Shown in pieces: positions 1 to 10,407 of a stretch of DNA of 64,000 nucleotides (the stretch's first letter is position 1; every line of letters starts with the position of its first letter). The notes below the pieces were generated by a model, which searched no databases, was not told the origin of the DNA, and saw only the letters and a list, made by a program, of their open reading frames with translations. Origin of the DNA: Terriglobia bacterium (GTDB lineage: Bacteria > Acidobacteriota > Polarisedimenticolia > Polarisedimenticolales > JAIQFR01); the NCBI GenBank assembly GCA_963748015.1, contig CAVVHE010000004.1:2144001-2208000 (forward strand). Reading direction: 5' to 3'. The translations under genes were made by a program, and so were the position numbers.

Positions 1-837
1 ATCGGCGGAGGCGACCGGCGCCGCCGCCACGGAGGAGACCTCGAGCCCGGCCTGGACGTCGGCCCGCTCGTCGAGGCCCGGGAGTTCCTCCGGGTCGTCG
101 AAGAGCAGGGCTTGACCCGCCGCGGCCGTTTGACCCGCCGCTCCCTCTCCCACCTCGAGCGTCCATTCGGAGACCGCGTCGGCGGAAGGGCCGGCGGCGG
201 CGGCGATCGACAGGTGCTTCCCGTCGGCGGAAGCGAGCCAGAAATAGGCGCCTTCGGCCCCGAGGGCGTTTTGCGTCCTGTCGGCGACCAGGACGAGCAG
301 GTCGTCCATCTCCATCCGGGCGCCCAGGGAACGGCTGATGTCGTAGAGCCGGGTCAGCCGCACGATCGTGTCCAGGTGGTCCCGCTCCTTCGCCGTCGAG
401 GCGCGCGCCGAGCCGATCGCGCCGCCGGCCGCAAGGAGGAGCGGCTCGAGCTGGGCGGCGTCGCCCACGGTGTACGGTCCCGCGTCTCGCGCGCTCTCGA
501 GGAGCTCGACGGCGCCGACGGGCCGGGATCCAGCGAGGATCGGGATGACGAGGCGGGAGCGGAACGGAGCCCGCGCCGACGTCGCCCGCGGCCCTCCGGC
601 GGCCACCGCCTTCGCGACCTCGGCCGGGGCGCGGTCCTTGGCTGTCCCCGGGTCCGGCCAGGCCCCCGAGAGTCGCCATCCTTCGCTGTGATCGAACATC
701 CAGACGCGAGCGGCGGATGCCGTAGAAAGAGTGCCCGCCGTCCGGACGACGACCGCCGCGACCTCCCGCTCTTCTCGGGCGGCGCACAAGTCCGATGCCA
801 CGCGCCATGCCGAGGCTTCGTCCCAACCGTTCGCCAT
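1..837 (-). CDS. GAF-domain signalling protein, 3'-truncated by window edge (absent from ORF track)
   Basis: Manual translation from ATG at 837 is open to base 1: MANGWDEASAWRVASDLC...RLVIPILAGSRPVGAVELLE...LTRLYDISRSLGARMEMDDLLVLVADRTQNALGAEGAYFWL...GEGAAGQTAAAGQALL, which reads as tandem GAF-like domains. Confidence 0.75.
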   Translation of the reverse strand, partial: MANGWDEASAWRVASDLCAAREEREVAAVVVRTAGTLSTASAARVWMFDHSEGWRLSGAWPDPGTAKDRAPAEVAKAVAAGGPRATSARAPFRSRLVIPILAGSRPVGAVELLESARDAGPYTVGDAAQLEPLLLAAGGAIGSARASTAKERDHLDTIVRLTRLYDISRSLGARMEMDDLLVLVADRTQNALGAEGAYFWLASADGKHLSIAAAAGPSADAVSEWTLEVGEGAAGQTAAAGQALLFDDPEELPGLDERADVQAGLEVSSVAAAPVASAD

Positions 838-897
838 GGATTCGCCCCCCGCCGACCTCCGCCGATTGTAACCGCTATGGGGAGATCCTGGGGGAAA

Positions 898-1518
898 TCA
901 CCAGGGGCGCCGCGCGCTGCGCGGCGCGGGCACCTTGGCTTCCGCCAGGTTGTGGAGCACGCCCGAGCCGAGAAAGGTGTCCACGTACCCCAGGAGCCGG
1001 TGGACGTCCTTGTCGGTCATCCACGGATTCGAGAGGTGCCGCACGACGTCCTCGTCGGTCATGCCGAGGCGGCGACCCTCCTCGATCGCGACGGCGTACC
1101 CCTCGATCTCGGTCGGCCGCTCGACGTATTCGAATCGCTCGTCCCAGACGTCGAGGCCCTCCTCGAGCTGGCGGAGGTGGGTCAGCTCGTGGAGCAGATC
1201 GAGATAGAGGTCCCGCTCGTCCCCCTCGCGGAAGTACCACTCGGAAACCACGATGCACGGGATCTCGACGTCCACGAAGGCATAGCCGCGGCCGCCGCGA
1301 ATCTGCACGCACGCTCTCTCGAGGAGCCGGGCCTGGGCCGCCGGGTCCCCGGTGATCCGCCGGAGGGCCGGGCTCCTGGCGACCTTCGGAAGAACCGCGA
1401 GAAACGGGTGATTGCCCGGCGGAAGGGACCGGTTCAAGCGAGCGTACGCCGGGAGACTCCCCGGCGCGGGTTTGCTCGCGGCGCCCTTGCGGGGCTTCGC
1501 CTCTCGCGGACGTGGCAT
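898..1518 (-). CDS. hypothetical protein with zincin-like HExxH motif
   Basis: LLHELTHLRQ followed by RPTEIEGY (possible third Glu ligand); protein-like composition. Confidence 0.65.
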   Translation of the reverse strand: MPRPREAKPRKGAASKPAPGSLPAYARLNRSLPPGNHPFLAVLPKVARSPALRRITGDPAAQARLLERACVQIRGGRGYAFVDVEIPCIVVSEWYFREGDERDLYLDLLHELTHLRQLEEGLDVWDERFEYVERPTEIEGYAVAIEEGRRLGMTDEDVVRHLSNPWMTDKDVHRLLGYVDTFLGSGVLHNLAEAKVPAPRSARRPW

Positions 1519-1638
1519 CGTGCCGCACCCTCCCTATCGAATTCTACACGGGCGGCCGATCCGCGGCCCCTGATGACCCGGGCGATCCGCGCTAGACTGT
1601 CTTTCGTCGCGTGGCGGACGCGCGGGGAGTGGCATCCG

Positions 1639-2058
1639 ATGCCGGACATCGCCTACGAGATCGTCACCGGCGTCCCGGAGGACGCGCTCGTCGAGTTGTA
1701 CAAGGCCGGCGGCTGGTGGCGCGAGGACCCGGCCTGGCGCGCCTCCCTCCCCGAGATGGTGCGCGGCAGCTTCTGCTTCCTCGTCGCCCGCGACGAGTCG
1801 GGAAACGTCGTGGGGATGGGTCGCGTCCTCTCCGACGGGGTGAGCGACGCGTACATCCAGGACGTCGTGGTGCTCGAAACGCACCGCGGCCGGGGGATCG
1901 GGCGGGAGATCATCCACCGGCTCACCGACCGGTGCGTCGCGGCGAGGATCGGCTGGATCGGGCTGATCGCGGAGCCCGGGACGCAAGCGTTCTACGAGCG
2001 CCTCGGCTACCGCGCGCTTCCGGGGCACCTGCCGATGCTGCACGGGAAGCCCGCCTGA
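1639..2058 (+). CDS. GNAT family N-acetyltransferase
   Basis: C-terminal part of ORF 112..2058 from MPDIAYEIV; YIQDVVVLETHRGRGIG (motif A) and FYERLGY. Confidence 0.9.
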   Translation: MPDIAYEIVTGVPEDALVELYKAGGWWREDPAWRASLPEMVRGSFCFLVARDESGNVVGMGRVLSDGVSDAYIQDVVVLETHRGRGIGREIIHRLTDRCVAARIGWIGLIAEPGTQAFYERLGYRALPGHLPMLHGKPA

Positions 2059-2975
2059 TGGACCACGAGTTCCTGGGGTTCCGCTTCTCCCCCGTCGCGA
2101 TGGAGCAGCGAGGGCGCGTGGACGAGCTGCTCGCGCGGCACCCGCAACCCCTGTCCGATTACGGCTTCGCCTCGCTCTTTGCGTGGGCGCCCGTCTACTG
2201 CTACCGCCTCGCGGTCGTCGAGCCGGACACGCTCCTCGTCTCGGCGGCGTTCGGGCCGGACTGCCGGCGGCCGGGGCTCCTGCAGCCGGTCGGGGACTTC
2301 CCGGAGGAGCTGCAGAACACGATTCTGCGGCACGCTCGCGATCTTGCCGAGCCGCTCAGGATCGAGTCCGTCGGCGCCGAGTTCCTCGAGAGGCACGCGG
2401 CGTTCGCCTCGCACTTCGACGCCGTCGAGGTGCGGGACAGCGCGAACTACGTCTATGCGGTCGGGGATCTCGCGGAGCTGGCCGGGAGACGTTACGCGAA
2501 GAAGCGGAATCTCATCACCCAGGCCTCCCGCCTCTACACGTGGACGGTCGAGAGCCTCGGCCCCCAGCACGTGGCCGAGTGCCTCGAGGTCGGCGACGAC
2601 ATCGCGAAGAAGCGCACCACCGAGTCCGAGGTCACGCTGGCCGGCGAGACCGCGGCGCTCGGGCGCGCGCTGGACCATTTCGGGCCGCTCGGACTGTCCG
2701 GCCTCCTCCTGCGCGTGGACGGGCAGCCGTCCGCCTTCTCGATCTTCGATCGCCTGGGGCCGTCGACCGCGGTGGTGTACTTCGAGCGCGCCCTGCGCAG
2801 CAGGAAGGGGCTGTACCAGGTCGTCAACCAGGAGACCGCGAGGGTGATCGCGGCGCTGGGCTTCGAGCTGATCAACCGCGAGGAGGACCTCGGGGACCCG
2901 GGGCTGCGCCAGGGGAAGCTCTCTTATTTCCCTGCGCGCCTGGAGATGAAGTACACCCTCACGCTCAGGCCGTGA
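2058..2975 (+). CDS. DUF2156 / aminoacyl-phosphatidylglycerol transferase-like domain protein
   Basis: TGATG stop/start overlap with GNAT gene; YVY..L.EL.GRRYAKKRN, ERA...KGLYQ..NQ and INREEDLG.PGLRQ.KLSY.P motifs. Confidence 0.85.
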   Translation: MDHEFLGFRFSPVAMEQRGRVDELLARHPQPLSDYGFASLFAWAPVYCYRLAVVEPDTLLVSAAFGPDCRRPGLLQPVGDFPEELQNTILRHARDLAEPLRIESVGAEFLERHAAFASHFDAVEVRDSANYVYAVGDLAELAGRRYAKKRNLITQASRLYTWTVESLGPQHVAECLEVGDDIAKKRTTESEVTLAGETAALGRALDHFGPLGLSGLLLRVDGQPSAFSIFDRLGPSTAVVYFERALRSRKGLYQVVNQETARVIAALGFELINREEDLGDPGLRQGKLSYFPARLEMKYTLTLRP

Positions 2976-3038
2976 CGGGCATAGTCGATTGAAGCGCCGC
3001 GCCGGGCGGCGTGCCGCACCGCGGCGCGGAGCCGGCTC

Positions 3039-4283
3039 ATGCGGATGCTAGCCGAGCGACGCCGCGAATGGGTGCCCGAGCTGATCGTGCTGCTCGGTCT
3101 CGCCGCCGCGGCGACGGTTCTCTTCGGTGTGACACGTCTCGACGTGACCGCCGCCCGCCCGTTCTTCCGCCCCGGAGTCGTGGATCGCTGGCCGCTCGCT
3201 GATGAGCCGCCGTGGTCGGTCCTCTACCGGGCGGCGCCGTGGATCACCGCGTCGATCGTGCTCGCGGGGCTGCTCGCGCTCGCCGCGGGATTCCTTCGGC
3301 GACGGGAGTCGCTGCGGCGGGAAGGGGCCTTTCTCCTGTTGACCGTCGTGCTCGGCCCCGGCCTGCTCGTCAACACGGTCCTCAAGGACCACTGGAACCG
3401 CCCTCGCCCGCGGGACATCGTCGAGTTCCAGGGGGCGCTGAGCTACGCGCCCCCGCTGCTCCCGGGGGGCGATGGGGGGACGTCGTTCCCTTGCGGCCAC
3501 TGCTCCGTGGCGTTCCTCTACGCGGCCGGCTGGTGGATCTGGAAGCGCCGCCGCCCCGTCTGGGCCCGGGCCTCGCTCGCGCTCGGCATCGTCGCGGGGT
3601 TCGCTCTGGGGCTCGGCCGGATGTCGGCCGGCGGCCATTTTTTGTCGGACGTGGTCTGGTCCGGCCTGCTCGCGCTCGGGATGGCGCACGTCCTCTATTA
3701 CCACGTGCTCCGCGTTCCCCTCCACGAGGCCGCTCCGCGGGATCTCTCCGCGGCGATGGCACGATGGACGCTTCTTCGCCGCGCCGCGCCCCTGCTTGCC
3801 GCGCTCGGGGGGATAGGAGTCCTGATCGCCCTCTTCGTGACGCCGCACGGCGATATCCTCGCGGCTCGCATCCCGCTCGCGTCGTTTCCCCGGGCGCCGC
3901 GATCGTTCGAGCTGGTCGCGAAGATCGCCAACGTCGAGATCGTGCTGCTCGACACCCCGGGGCCCGACATCTCGATCGAGGGCGAGCTGCACGGCTTCGG
4001 TCTTCCGATGAGCGAGCTGGGCACCCGTGTCGAGTTCGTGGATGCGGAGCCTCCGGCGATACGCTACCGGATCGTCCAGAGCGGCTGGTTCACCGATCTC
4101 GACGGTTCGGCGACCGTTCGCCTCCCCGCGGGGGCGTTCGAGCGAGTGACCGCCCGCATCGAACGCGGCAACATCCGCGTGACGGACGACACGCGCGGCG
4201 GCGACGTGGCGGCCGGCCGGGTGAAGCTCGACCTCTCGACGAGGTCGGGCCGCGTCATCGGCCCGGCGGCGCCTCCACGATAG
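3039..4283 (+). CDS. PAP2 family membrane phosphatase (lipid A phosphatase-like) with C-terminal extracytoplasmic beta domain
   Basis: KDHWNRPRP, SFPCGH and RMSAGGHFLSD catalytic motifs; multiple TM helices. Confidence 0.85.
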   Translation: MRMLAERRREWVPELIVLLGLAAAATVLFGVTRLDVTAARPFFRPGVVDRWPLADEPPWSVLYRAAPWITASIVLAGLLALAAGFLRRRESLRREGAFLLLTVVLGPGLLVNTVLKDHWNRPRPRDIVEFQGALSYAPPLLPGGDGGTSFPCGHCSVAFLYAAGWWIWKRRRPVWARASLALGIVAGFALGLGRMSAGGHFLSDVVWSGLLALGMAHVLYYHVLRVPLHEAAPRDLSAAMARWTLLRRAAPLLAALGGIGVLIALFVTPHGDILAARIPLASFPRAPRSFELVAKIANVEIVLLDTPGPDISIEGELHGFGLPMSELGTRVEFVDAEPPAIRYRIVQSGWFTDLDGSATVRLPAGAFERVTARIERGNIRVTDDTRGGDVAAGRVKLDLSTRSGRVIGPAAPPR

Positions 4284-4331
4284 CGGAAGCGTCCCAGGGC
4301 GAGCCTCGATGACGGCCGCGGCCGGCGCGCT

Positions 4332-6875
4332 CTACTTCGCGGCGGTCGCCCAATACAGCGCGTTGAACAGGAACGGGAAGGTCGCGGGCGTCTGCGCGCG
4401 GTACTGCGGGCGGAAGCCGAAGAGCACGACCTTTCCGCTGCCGTACGTCGTCGCCACCGCCGCGGCCTTCCGCGCGATCAGCTCCTCTCCGCGTATCCAG
4501 CCCGATAGGAGCACGTCGGGGGCGTCCGTGGGGTAGGTCGCCAGGACCCAGCGGTCCATCTCGGCCCCGGGCACCGCGGTGTCGAAGGCCATCGCGTCGT
4601 CCACGAAGAGCGGCATCTCGGAGGGGAGCCCGTAGGTCACCGGGTGCCCCGTCGAAACGCGGCCGCGGAGGAGCGAGCCGGGGCAGGAGAAATCCGCCCC
4701 CGCCTTCGAAAGAGCGTTTCGCACCGGTAGCTCGAGCTCCTCGATCAGGTACTCGGAAGCGCTCGCGAGCGCCACGAGCGTGCCCCCTCCCTGCGCGAAC
4801 TCCTTGAGCGCCTTCGACCCTTCCTTGTCGAGCCCTCCCGCGTACTCCGGCGGCGGCTCGGGAAAGTAGCGCATCGCTCCCTCGTCTCGCTTGGGCTTCC
4901 CGGTGGCGATCGTCTCCTTGGACATGTCGGGCAGTACGATGACGTCGAAGGCGGCGCCCAAGCCGCCCGCGCGGATCGTCTTGTTGTCCAGGCTCTTCGG
5001 CTCGAAGCCGTACTGCTCGAGGATGAAGCGCGTCCATCCCTCGTCCATGTTCGCGTTCCAGGGCTTGTAGAGGCCGACGCGGGGTGCCTTGAGCGTCTCG
5101 GCCGACGGCGGGATCGCCCCGACGGAGGTCCAGCTCTGGCCCGGGATCGCCCTCGTCGACGCGGAGCGGGCGGCCGCCTGGTCGATGAAGACCGTGCCCG
5201 CCGGCCACTCGCGACCGCCCGCGGTGACGGGCGCCCTCGCGATCTTGACCGCCCCCCCGGCTCGCAGCGCCGCGTTGACGAGCGTCGCCGTTTCGGGGCT
5301 GCCGGGCGGGAGCGCGAACGCGCCGCCGTCCGCCGGCACGCGAGCGGGGGCCGGCTTCCACGGAACCAGTCCCTCGGGGAGCGGTGCCCGCACGGCCTCG
5401 ACCCCCATCATGAGCGGCAGCGTCCACGCCGCGACGTCGTAGGGGCGCACGATCTCCTTGCCGGGCACGAGCTTGACCTCGGGGTAGCGCTGCACGGAGA
5501 ACATCTCGTTCACGAAGCGGCCGTAGGGCTGCGCGAGCGGGATGTAGACGTCGCCGTTGGCCGCGGCCCGCACCTCGACGCCGTGCTCGACCATGAGCGA
5601 CGCGAGCCGCGCGGCCTCGGCGGGATCGCGCTGGTCCGCGGGGATCCGGTACGCGTCCTTCGCGGAGAAGCTCCCGATGGACGCGTGCGCGCGGGCGAGG
5701 GCGTCCTTGACGAAGTCCTCGCGGCGCTCCGAGCAGGTCTCGAGAATGGCGTCCGAGGCGATGCGCTCGTAGTCCATGATGTCACGGAGCCGCCACCAGC
5801 CTCCGGGCCACGGGTTGGGGAAGTTCGTCTGCGGGCCGTACTCCACGAGCCCCTTTCCCCGCCCCGAGAGCTCGTTCGTCTCGATCCGGACGGGGGTGCC
5901 CATCCGGGTCGAAGCGACCTCGGTCAGGAGCCCGGCGATGTTCTTCCACCAGGCGGTGTTCTTGGTTCCTCCCGGCCAGTACGCGTCGAACATGTACCCG
6001 TAGATCACGCCCGACTTCCCGGCCTGCTCGAGCCGCAGGGCCATGTTCGCGCCGATCAGGTTCACGTCGCGCCAGACGAGGGGGTGGATCGCCGGGCTCA
6101 CCGGCTCCGAGTACGGCGGCACGAAAATCCGCGGGCCGGTCGAGCCCATCTGGTGCTCGTCGAGCCAGACCTGCGGGAACCACTCTCGGTAGACCGCGGC
6201 GGACACGGCCCTCGACTCCTTCTGGGTCAACATGAACCAGTCGCGGTTGTTGTCGTGGCCGGTGTAGTGGTGGTAGAGCCAGGGCAAGCGGCTCCCCTCG
6301 TACTTCGTGCCGAGGTTCTTCCGGTACCACTCCGTCTCCATGATCTGGCCGTCGGGATTGATGGACGGGAGAAGGAGCAGCACGACGTCGTCGAGCCACT
6401 TCTTCGTCCGCGCGTCTTCCGCGGTGACGAGGGCGTGGGCCCACTCCATCGCCATCTGCGAGGCGCCGATCTCGCTCGCGTGGATGTTGCAGGTGATCAG
6501 GAGGATCACCTTGCCGTCGCGGACGAGCGCCGCCTCCTCGGCGGCGGAGAGCCCGCGGGGGTCGGCGAGCTTTCTCGCGATCTCCTTCAGCCGATTCTTG
6601 TCGGCGAGGTTCTTCTCGGAGGAGATGACGGCGGCGAACAGGTCCTCGCCGAGCGTCGACTTTCCGAGCACCTCGACCTCGAGCCGCGGCGACGCCGCGT
6701 CGAGCGCATTGAAGTACGCGGCGATCTGCCGGTAGTCGGCGATCGTGCGGTCCGCGCCCACGGTGAAGCCGAGGAACTCCGATGGCGACGGGACCGCCTT
6801 GGCCGCGGCGGCGGGGGCCGCCATCACGGCCAGGAGCGGCAGAGTGAGAAGAACGCGGCGCAGTCTTCGATTCAT
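4332..6875 (-). CDS. M14 family zinc carboxypeptidase, secreted
   Basis: Signal peptide; IHASE, NPDG, DNNRDW and DEHQM motifs; C-terminal GATase-like domain. Confidence 0.9.
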   Translation of the reverse strand: MNRRLRRVLLTLPLLAVMAAPAAAAKAVPSPSEFLGFTVGADRTIADYRQIAAYFNALDAASPRLEVEVLGKSTLGEDLFAAVISSEKNLADKNRLKEIARKLADPRGLSAAEEAALVRDGKVILLITCNIHASEIGASQMAMEWAHALVTAEDARTKKWLDDVVLLLLPSINPDGQIMETEWYRKNLGTKYEGSRLPWLYHHYTGHDNNRDWFMLTQKESRAVSAAVYREWFPQVWLDEHQMGSTGPRIFVPPYSEPVSPAIHPLVWRDVNLIGANMALRLEQAGKSGVIYGYMFDAYWPGGTKNTAWWKNIAGLLTEVASTRMGTPVRIETNELSGRGKGLVEYGPQTNFPNPWPGGWWRLRDIMDYERIASDAILETCSERREDFVKDALARAHASIGSFSAKDAYRIPADQRDPAEAARLASLMVEHGVEVRAAANGDVYIPLAQPYGRFVNEMFSVQRYPEVKLVPGKEIVRPYDVAAWTLPLMMGVEAVRAPLPEGLVPWKPAPARVPADGGAFALPPGSPETATLVNAALRAGGAVKIARAPVTAGGREWPAGTVFIDQAAARSASTRAIPGQSWTSVGAIPPSAETLKAPRVGLYKPWNANMDEGWTRFILEQYGFEPKSLDNKTIRAGGLGAAFDVIVLPDMSKETIATGKPKRDEGAMRYFPEPPPEYAGGLDKEGSKALKEFAQGGGTLVALASASEYLIEELELPVRNALSKAGADFSCPGSLLRGRVSTGHPVTYGLPSEMPLFVDDAMAFDTAVPGAEMDRWVLATYPTDAPDVLLSGWIRGEELIARKAAAVATTYGSGKVVLFGFRPQYRAQTPATFPFLFNALYWATAAK

Positions 6876-6918
6876 GATCGGGCCTCCGGGGGGCGCTCGG
6901 ACGAACGGGACGCCAGGG

Positions 6919-9900
6919 TCACTCGCGGCCGGGCACCTTGGGGGAGCCGGTCCGCTTCAGCTCTTCCTTCAGCACCTCGACGGCCTTCTCGATCTGCGCG
7001 TCGCGGCCCCTCAGGAAATCTTCCGGCGTGTTGTCCACGGCAACGTCCGGAGGCACGCCGTAATTCTCGAGGTTCGTGCCGCCGACGTTCCACAGCCCCG
7101 AGCCGGGGGTCCGGAGCTGTGACCCGTCCATGAGGCGGTACGACCCCGTGCCGATCACGGCGCCGTACGTGGTGACGCCGACGGTCTTGCCGAGCTTGAG
7201 CGTGCGGAATCCGTCGGGGAACACCTCGGCATCGCTCGTGGAGCGCTCGTTCTGCATCACCACGACCGGGCCGAAGAAGCCCCGCTGCGGCCGCGTCACG
7301 TAGACGGAATCCCTGTTTCGCGTGTACTGGTACTGCTTCTGCTGCAGGATCTCGAGGAGCTCCTCGTCGATCCCGCCGCCCGGGTTGAACCGCTGGTCGA
7401 TGACCAGAGCCTTCTTGAAATGGTTGTCGGCGAAGTCGCGCTCGAACTTGCGGAGCGCGGCCTGGTTCATCTGCCGGATGTGGAGGTAGCCGATTTCGCC
7501 TCCCGACAGCTTGTCGACCAGCTGCCGGCGCTCCTCGACCCACTTCTCGTACTGCAGCGTCGCGTACGCCCCGGCACTCACCGGATCGACCCGGGTCTTC
7601 CACGCCCCCTCGGCCGCCGGCTTGTCGTTCACCGTCAGCTCCATCTTCCGCCCCGGAGCCATGCTGTAGTACCGCCAGTAGTTGTCCCCCGCCTTCACGG
7701 GGGTGCCGTCGATCGCGAGCAGGAAGTCCCCCGCCTTGACCTTGACGAAGTCCTTGTCGGCCGGGCCGCGCTTGTAGACGTAGGCGATCTTGTAGTAGCC
7801 GGAGGGATCCGCCGCGAGCTCGAAGCCGGGGAAGCGCGTGCGGATCGCGTCGCGATCGGGCTCGCCGCCGCCGCTGATCCCGGTGTGGGACGCGTTCAGC
7901 TCGCCGATCATCTGGCTGACGACGTTCTGGAGCTCCTCGCGATCGCGCACGTCGTCGAGGAGCGGCGCGTAGACTTCCCGCATCCGCGGCCAGTCGACAC
8001 CGTGCATCTCGCGATCGTAGAAGCGGTTCTTCATGATCCGCCAGGCTTCCTCGAAGACCTGGCCGCGCTCCACCTCGTGGTCCACCTCGACGCGGACGGA
8101 GAAGCTCACGCGCTTGCGGCCCCCGCCGTCGCCCCCGCGGCCCCCGGAAGCCTGCGCTCCGCCCCCCTCGGCGCCGCCGCCAGTCCCCACGGACCAAAGC
8201 CCCCTTCCCTCGGAGAAGAACAAGGTCTTGCCGTCCTTCGAGTACTGGAGCGAGCCGATGCCGCCTCCGGGCCCGCCTCCCGGCGCCCCTTCCGCCTCGG
8301 GGTCGGGCGGCTCCGACTGGGTCAGCCGCTTCATCTGGTCGCCGTTCTCCTGGATCGTGTACAGGACCGCCACGTTGCGCCCTTCCGCCTCGGTTTGCGC
8401 GACGAACGCGTAGCTCTTGCTGTCGGGCGCCACGGCGACCGCCGTGATGTTGTCCGAGAGCCGCGTGACCTGGCGGATGCGCCGCGCCAGGGAGTCCCAC
8501 TCGATCTTCACCTCCGGCGGCGCCTTCTTGTCCTTGTCCTTTTCCTTGTCCCCGCGTCCGCCGCGCTCCTCGGAGGTCTTCGCGGCCGCCTCCGCCGCGT
8601 CCTCGTCGTCGATGTCGCGGCTCATGGAGTCCTTCTCTTCCCTGGTGAGCGAGACGCTGTAGAGGGACGCGACGTTCTGGCGGATGGCGGCGGAGCCGCC
8701 CTGGACGTACCCGCCGAGGAAGACGAGCTTCTTACCGTCGTGGGTCCAGTGGGCCCCGGTGGTGCTGAACAGGTCTTCGTCGTCGATCTTCTTCTCGTCG
8801 CCCCCCGCCGCGGGGACGACGAACACGTGGGGCCGCAGGTCGCGGTCGACCTTCGTGTACGAGATCCACTTGCCGTCGGGGGAGAATTCGGGGTTCTGGA
8901 GGCCGACCGTCTCGGACTTGGCCACGTCCAGCGTCTTCCCGGTCGCGATCTCGACGACGTGGAGCTTTCGGTCCGACGCCGTGTACGCGAGCGCCTTCGA
9001 GTCCGGCGCCCACGCGAGGGCGAGCTTCTCGCTGTCGGCGTCCGACAGCTTCCTGGCGCCCGTCCCGGAGGTTTCCGAGACCCACACCTCGTCGCGCCCG
9101 GACGGGTCGCCAACGTAGGCGATCCACTTCCCGTCGGGGGACCAGGAGGGGTTGGTCTCCCGCGAGCCGCTCTTCGTCACGCGGGACGCCGTGCCGCGGT
9201 CGGTCGCGATCGTGAAGATCTCGCCGTGGACGGAGACGGCCGCGCGCTTGGTCGAGGGAGAGAGATCGTAGCCGTCCAGCTCGTCCTTGAGGCTCAGGAC
9301 CTCGAAGTTGTTGTCCTTGTCGTCGGAGGCGATGTCGAGCTTGATCTCGGCGCTCTTCCCGGTCGCGGTGTCGAGCCTCCAGATCCCGAAGCCCTCCTCG
9401 TAGACGATCGCCTTCCCGTCGGAAGAGATCGAGGGGAAGAAGAGCGAGCCGCTCTTGTGGTGCGTGACCTGGACCGGCTTCCCGCCGTTCTCGGGGATCT
9501 TCCAGATGTTGCTCGTCGAGCGGAGCACCTCGCGCGAGCCGGGGGCCGCATCGACGTCCCGGTCGGAGACGAAGAAGATCTCCCCCTTGCCGTAGAGCGG
9601 CCAGAAGTTGTTCGGCCTCCGGTCCTCCGGCACATCGGCATCCAGGAGCTTGCGGAAGGTCTTCTTCGAGACGTCCATCACCCACAGGTCGGCCGAGAAG
9701 CTCCCGCGGTAGTGCTTGCGCCACCAGACCATGGGATGCCTGTTGAGCGCGAGCTTGGTGCCGTCCGGGGAGTAGCTCCCCCACGCGCCCCAATCGGACG
9801 GAAGGACCTGCTCGAGCCCGCCGTCCACGGAAACCTCGTAGAGGTTGGCGATGCCGGGGTACATCGCGCCCCGCGCGGAGCTGAACAGGATGCGCTTCGA

Positions 9901-10251
9901 GTCGCGCGACCAGCCGACGACGGTGTCCTGGGCGCCGTGGAAGGTGAGCTGCCGGGGCTCGCCGCCCTCCGCCGGTATCACGAAGACGTCGTAGTTCCCG
10001 TAGCGGTCGGACGAGAAGGCGATCCACTTCCCGTCGGGGGAATAGCGCGGGTACACGTCGCGCGCCGTGTGGACCGTCAGCCGCTTCGGATTCGAGCCGT
10101 CCTCCGCCGCCGTCCAGAGATCGCCCAGATAGCTGAAGACGAGCTTCCCATCGTGCAAGTCCGGATGACGGGCGATCCGGACGGCCTTGGCCCACGCCGG
10201 AGCCACGGCCAGCAGGACGACGAGCGCGAGAATCGAGCGGCGGATTCGCAT
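6919..10251 (-). CDS. tricorn-like S41 protease (PD40 propellers, PDZ, S41 domain)
   Basis: Signal peptide; repeated SPDGKWIAF/Y; GELNASH, IGYLHI, IDQRFNPGG, TSDAEVF, ENYGVPPD. Confidence 0.95.
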   Translation of the reverse strand: MRIRRSILALVVLLAVAPAWAKAVRIARHPDLHDGKLVFSYLGDLWTAAEDGSNPKRLTVHTARDVYPRYSPDGKWIAFSSDRYGNYDVFVIPAEGGEPRQLTFHGAQDTVVGWSRDSKRILFSSARGAMYPGIANLYEVSVDGGLEQVLPSDWGAWGSYSPDGTKLALNRHPMVWWRKHYRGSFSADLWVMDVSKKTFRKLLDADVPEDRRPNNFWPLYGKGEIFFVSDRDVDAAPGSREVLRSTSNIWKIPENGGKPVQVTHHKSGSLFFPSISSDGKAIVYEEGFGIWRLDTATGKSAEIKLDIASDDKDNNFEVLSLKDELDGYDLSPSTKRAAVSVHGEIFTIATDRGTASRVTKSGSRETNPSWSPDGKWIAYVGDPSGRDEVWVSETSGTGARKLSDADSEKLALAWAPDSKALAYTASDRKLHVVEIATGKTLDVAKSETVGLQNPEFSPDGKWISYTKVDRDLRPHVFVVPAAGGDEKKIDDEDLFSTTGAHWTHDGKKLVFLGGYVQGGSAAIRQNVASLYSVSLTREEKDSMSRDIDDEDAAEAAAKTSEERGGRGDKEKDKDKKAPPEVKIEWDSLARRIRQVTRLSDNITAVAVAPDSKSYAFVAQTEAEGRNVAVLYTIQENGDQMKRLTQSEPPDPEAEGAPGGGPGGGIGSLQYSKDGKTLFFSEGRGLWSVGTGGGAEGGGAQASGGRGGDGGGRKRVSFSVRVEVDHEVERGQVFEEAWRIMKNRFYDREMHGVDWPRMREVYAPLLDDVRDREELQNVVSQMIGELNASHTGISGGGEPDRDAIRTRFPGFELAADPSGYYKIAYVYKRGPADKDFVKVKAGDFLLAIDGTPVKAGDNYWRYYSMAPGRKMELTVNDKPAAEGAWKTRVDPVSAGAYATLQYEKWVEERRQLVDKLSGGEIGYLHIRQMNQAALRKFERDFADNHFKKALVIDQRFNPGGGIDEELLEILQQKQYQYTRNRDSVYVTRPQRGFFGPVVVMQNERSTSDAEVFPDGFRTLKLGKTVGVTTYGAVIGTGSYRLMDGSQLRTPGSGLWNVGGTNLENYGVPPDVAVDNTPEDFLRGRDAQIEKAVEVLKEELKRTGSPKVPGRE

Positions 10252-10351
10252 GACACACCCTCCCGGCCGTTGTACGGAGCCGCGGTGGAATAGTTGCGGA
10301 TTCTAGGCCCGCGATCCGGCCGGGATCAATAGCGCGGGGCGGGAAAGGTGG

Positions 10352-10398
10352 GCCGGGGAGGGACGGCGGCCGGAGGCGGCCTACCGTCCTTCCCCGGC
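10352..10398. terminator. GC-rich hairpin downstream of the 10408..10887 gene
   Basis: GCCGGGGAGGGACGG (10352-66) pairs with CCGTCCTTCCCCGGC (10384-98), one mismatch; no clear U tail. Confidence 0.45.
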
Positions 10399-10407
10399 GA
10401 TCGAGAT

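Noticed and set aside
112..141. Direct repeat TTGACCCGCCGC twice with a TTGAC -35 look
   Set aside because: Lies within the minus-strand GAF CDS (encodes AAGQ twice); no matching -10
112..1638. Long N-terminal part of ORF 112..2058 and other large alternative ORFs (e.g. 7420..10293, 8732..11614, 37648..39975, the N-terminus of 51900..56693)
   Set aside because: Arg/Gly/Pro-rich shadow or antisense frames overlapping motif-supported genes; expected at this GC content
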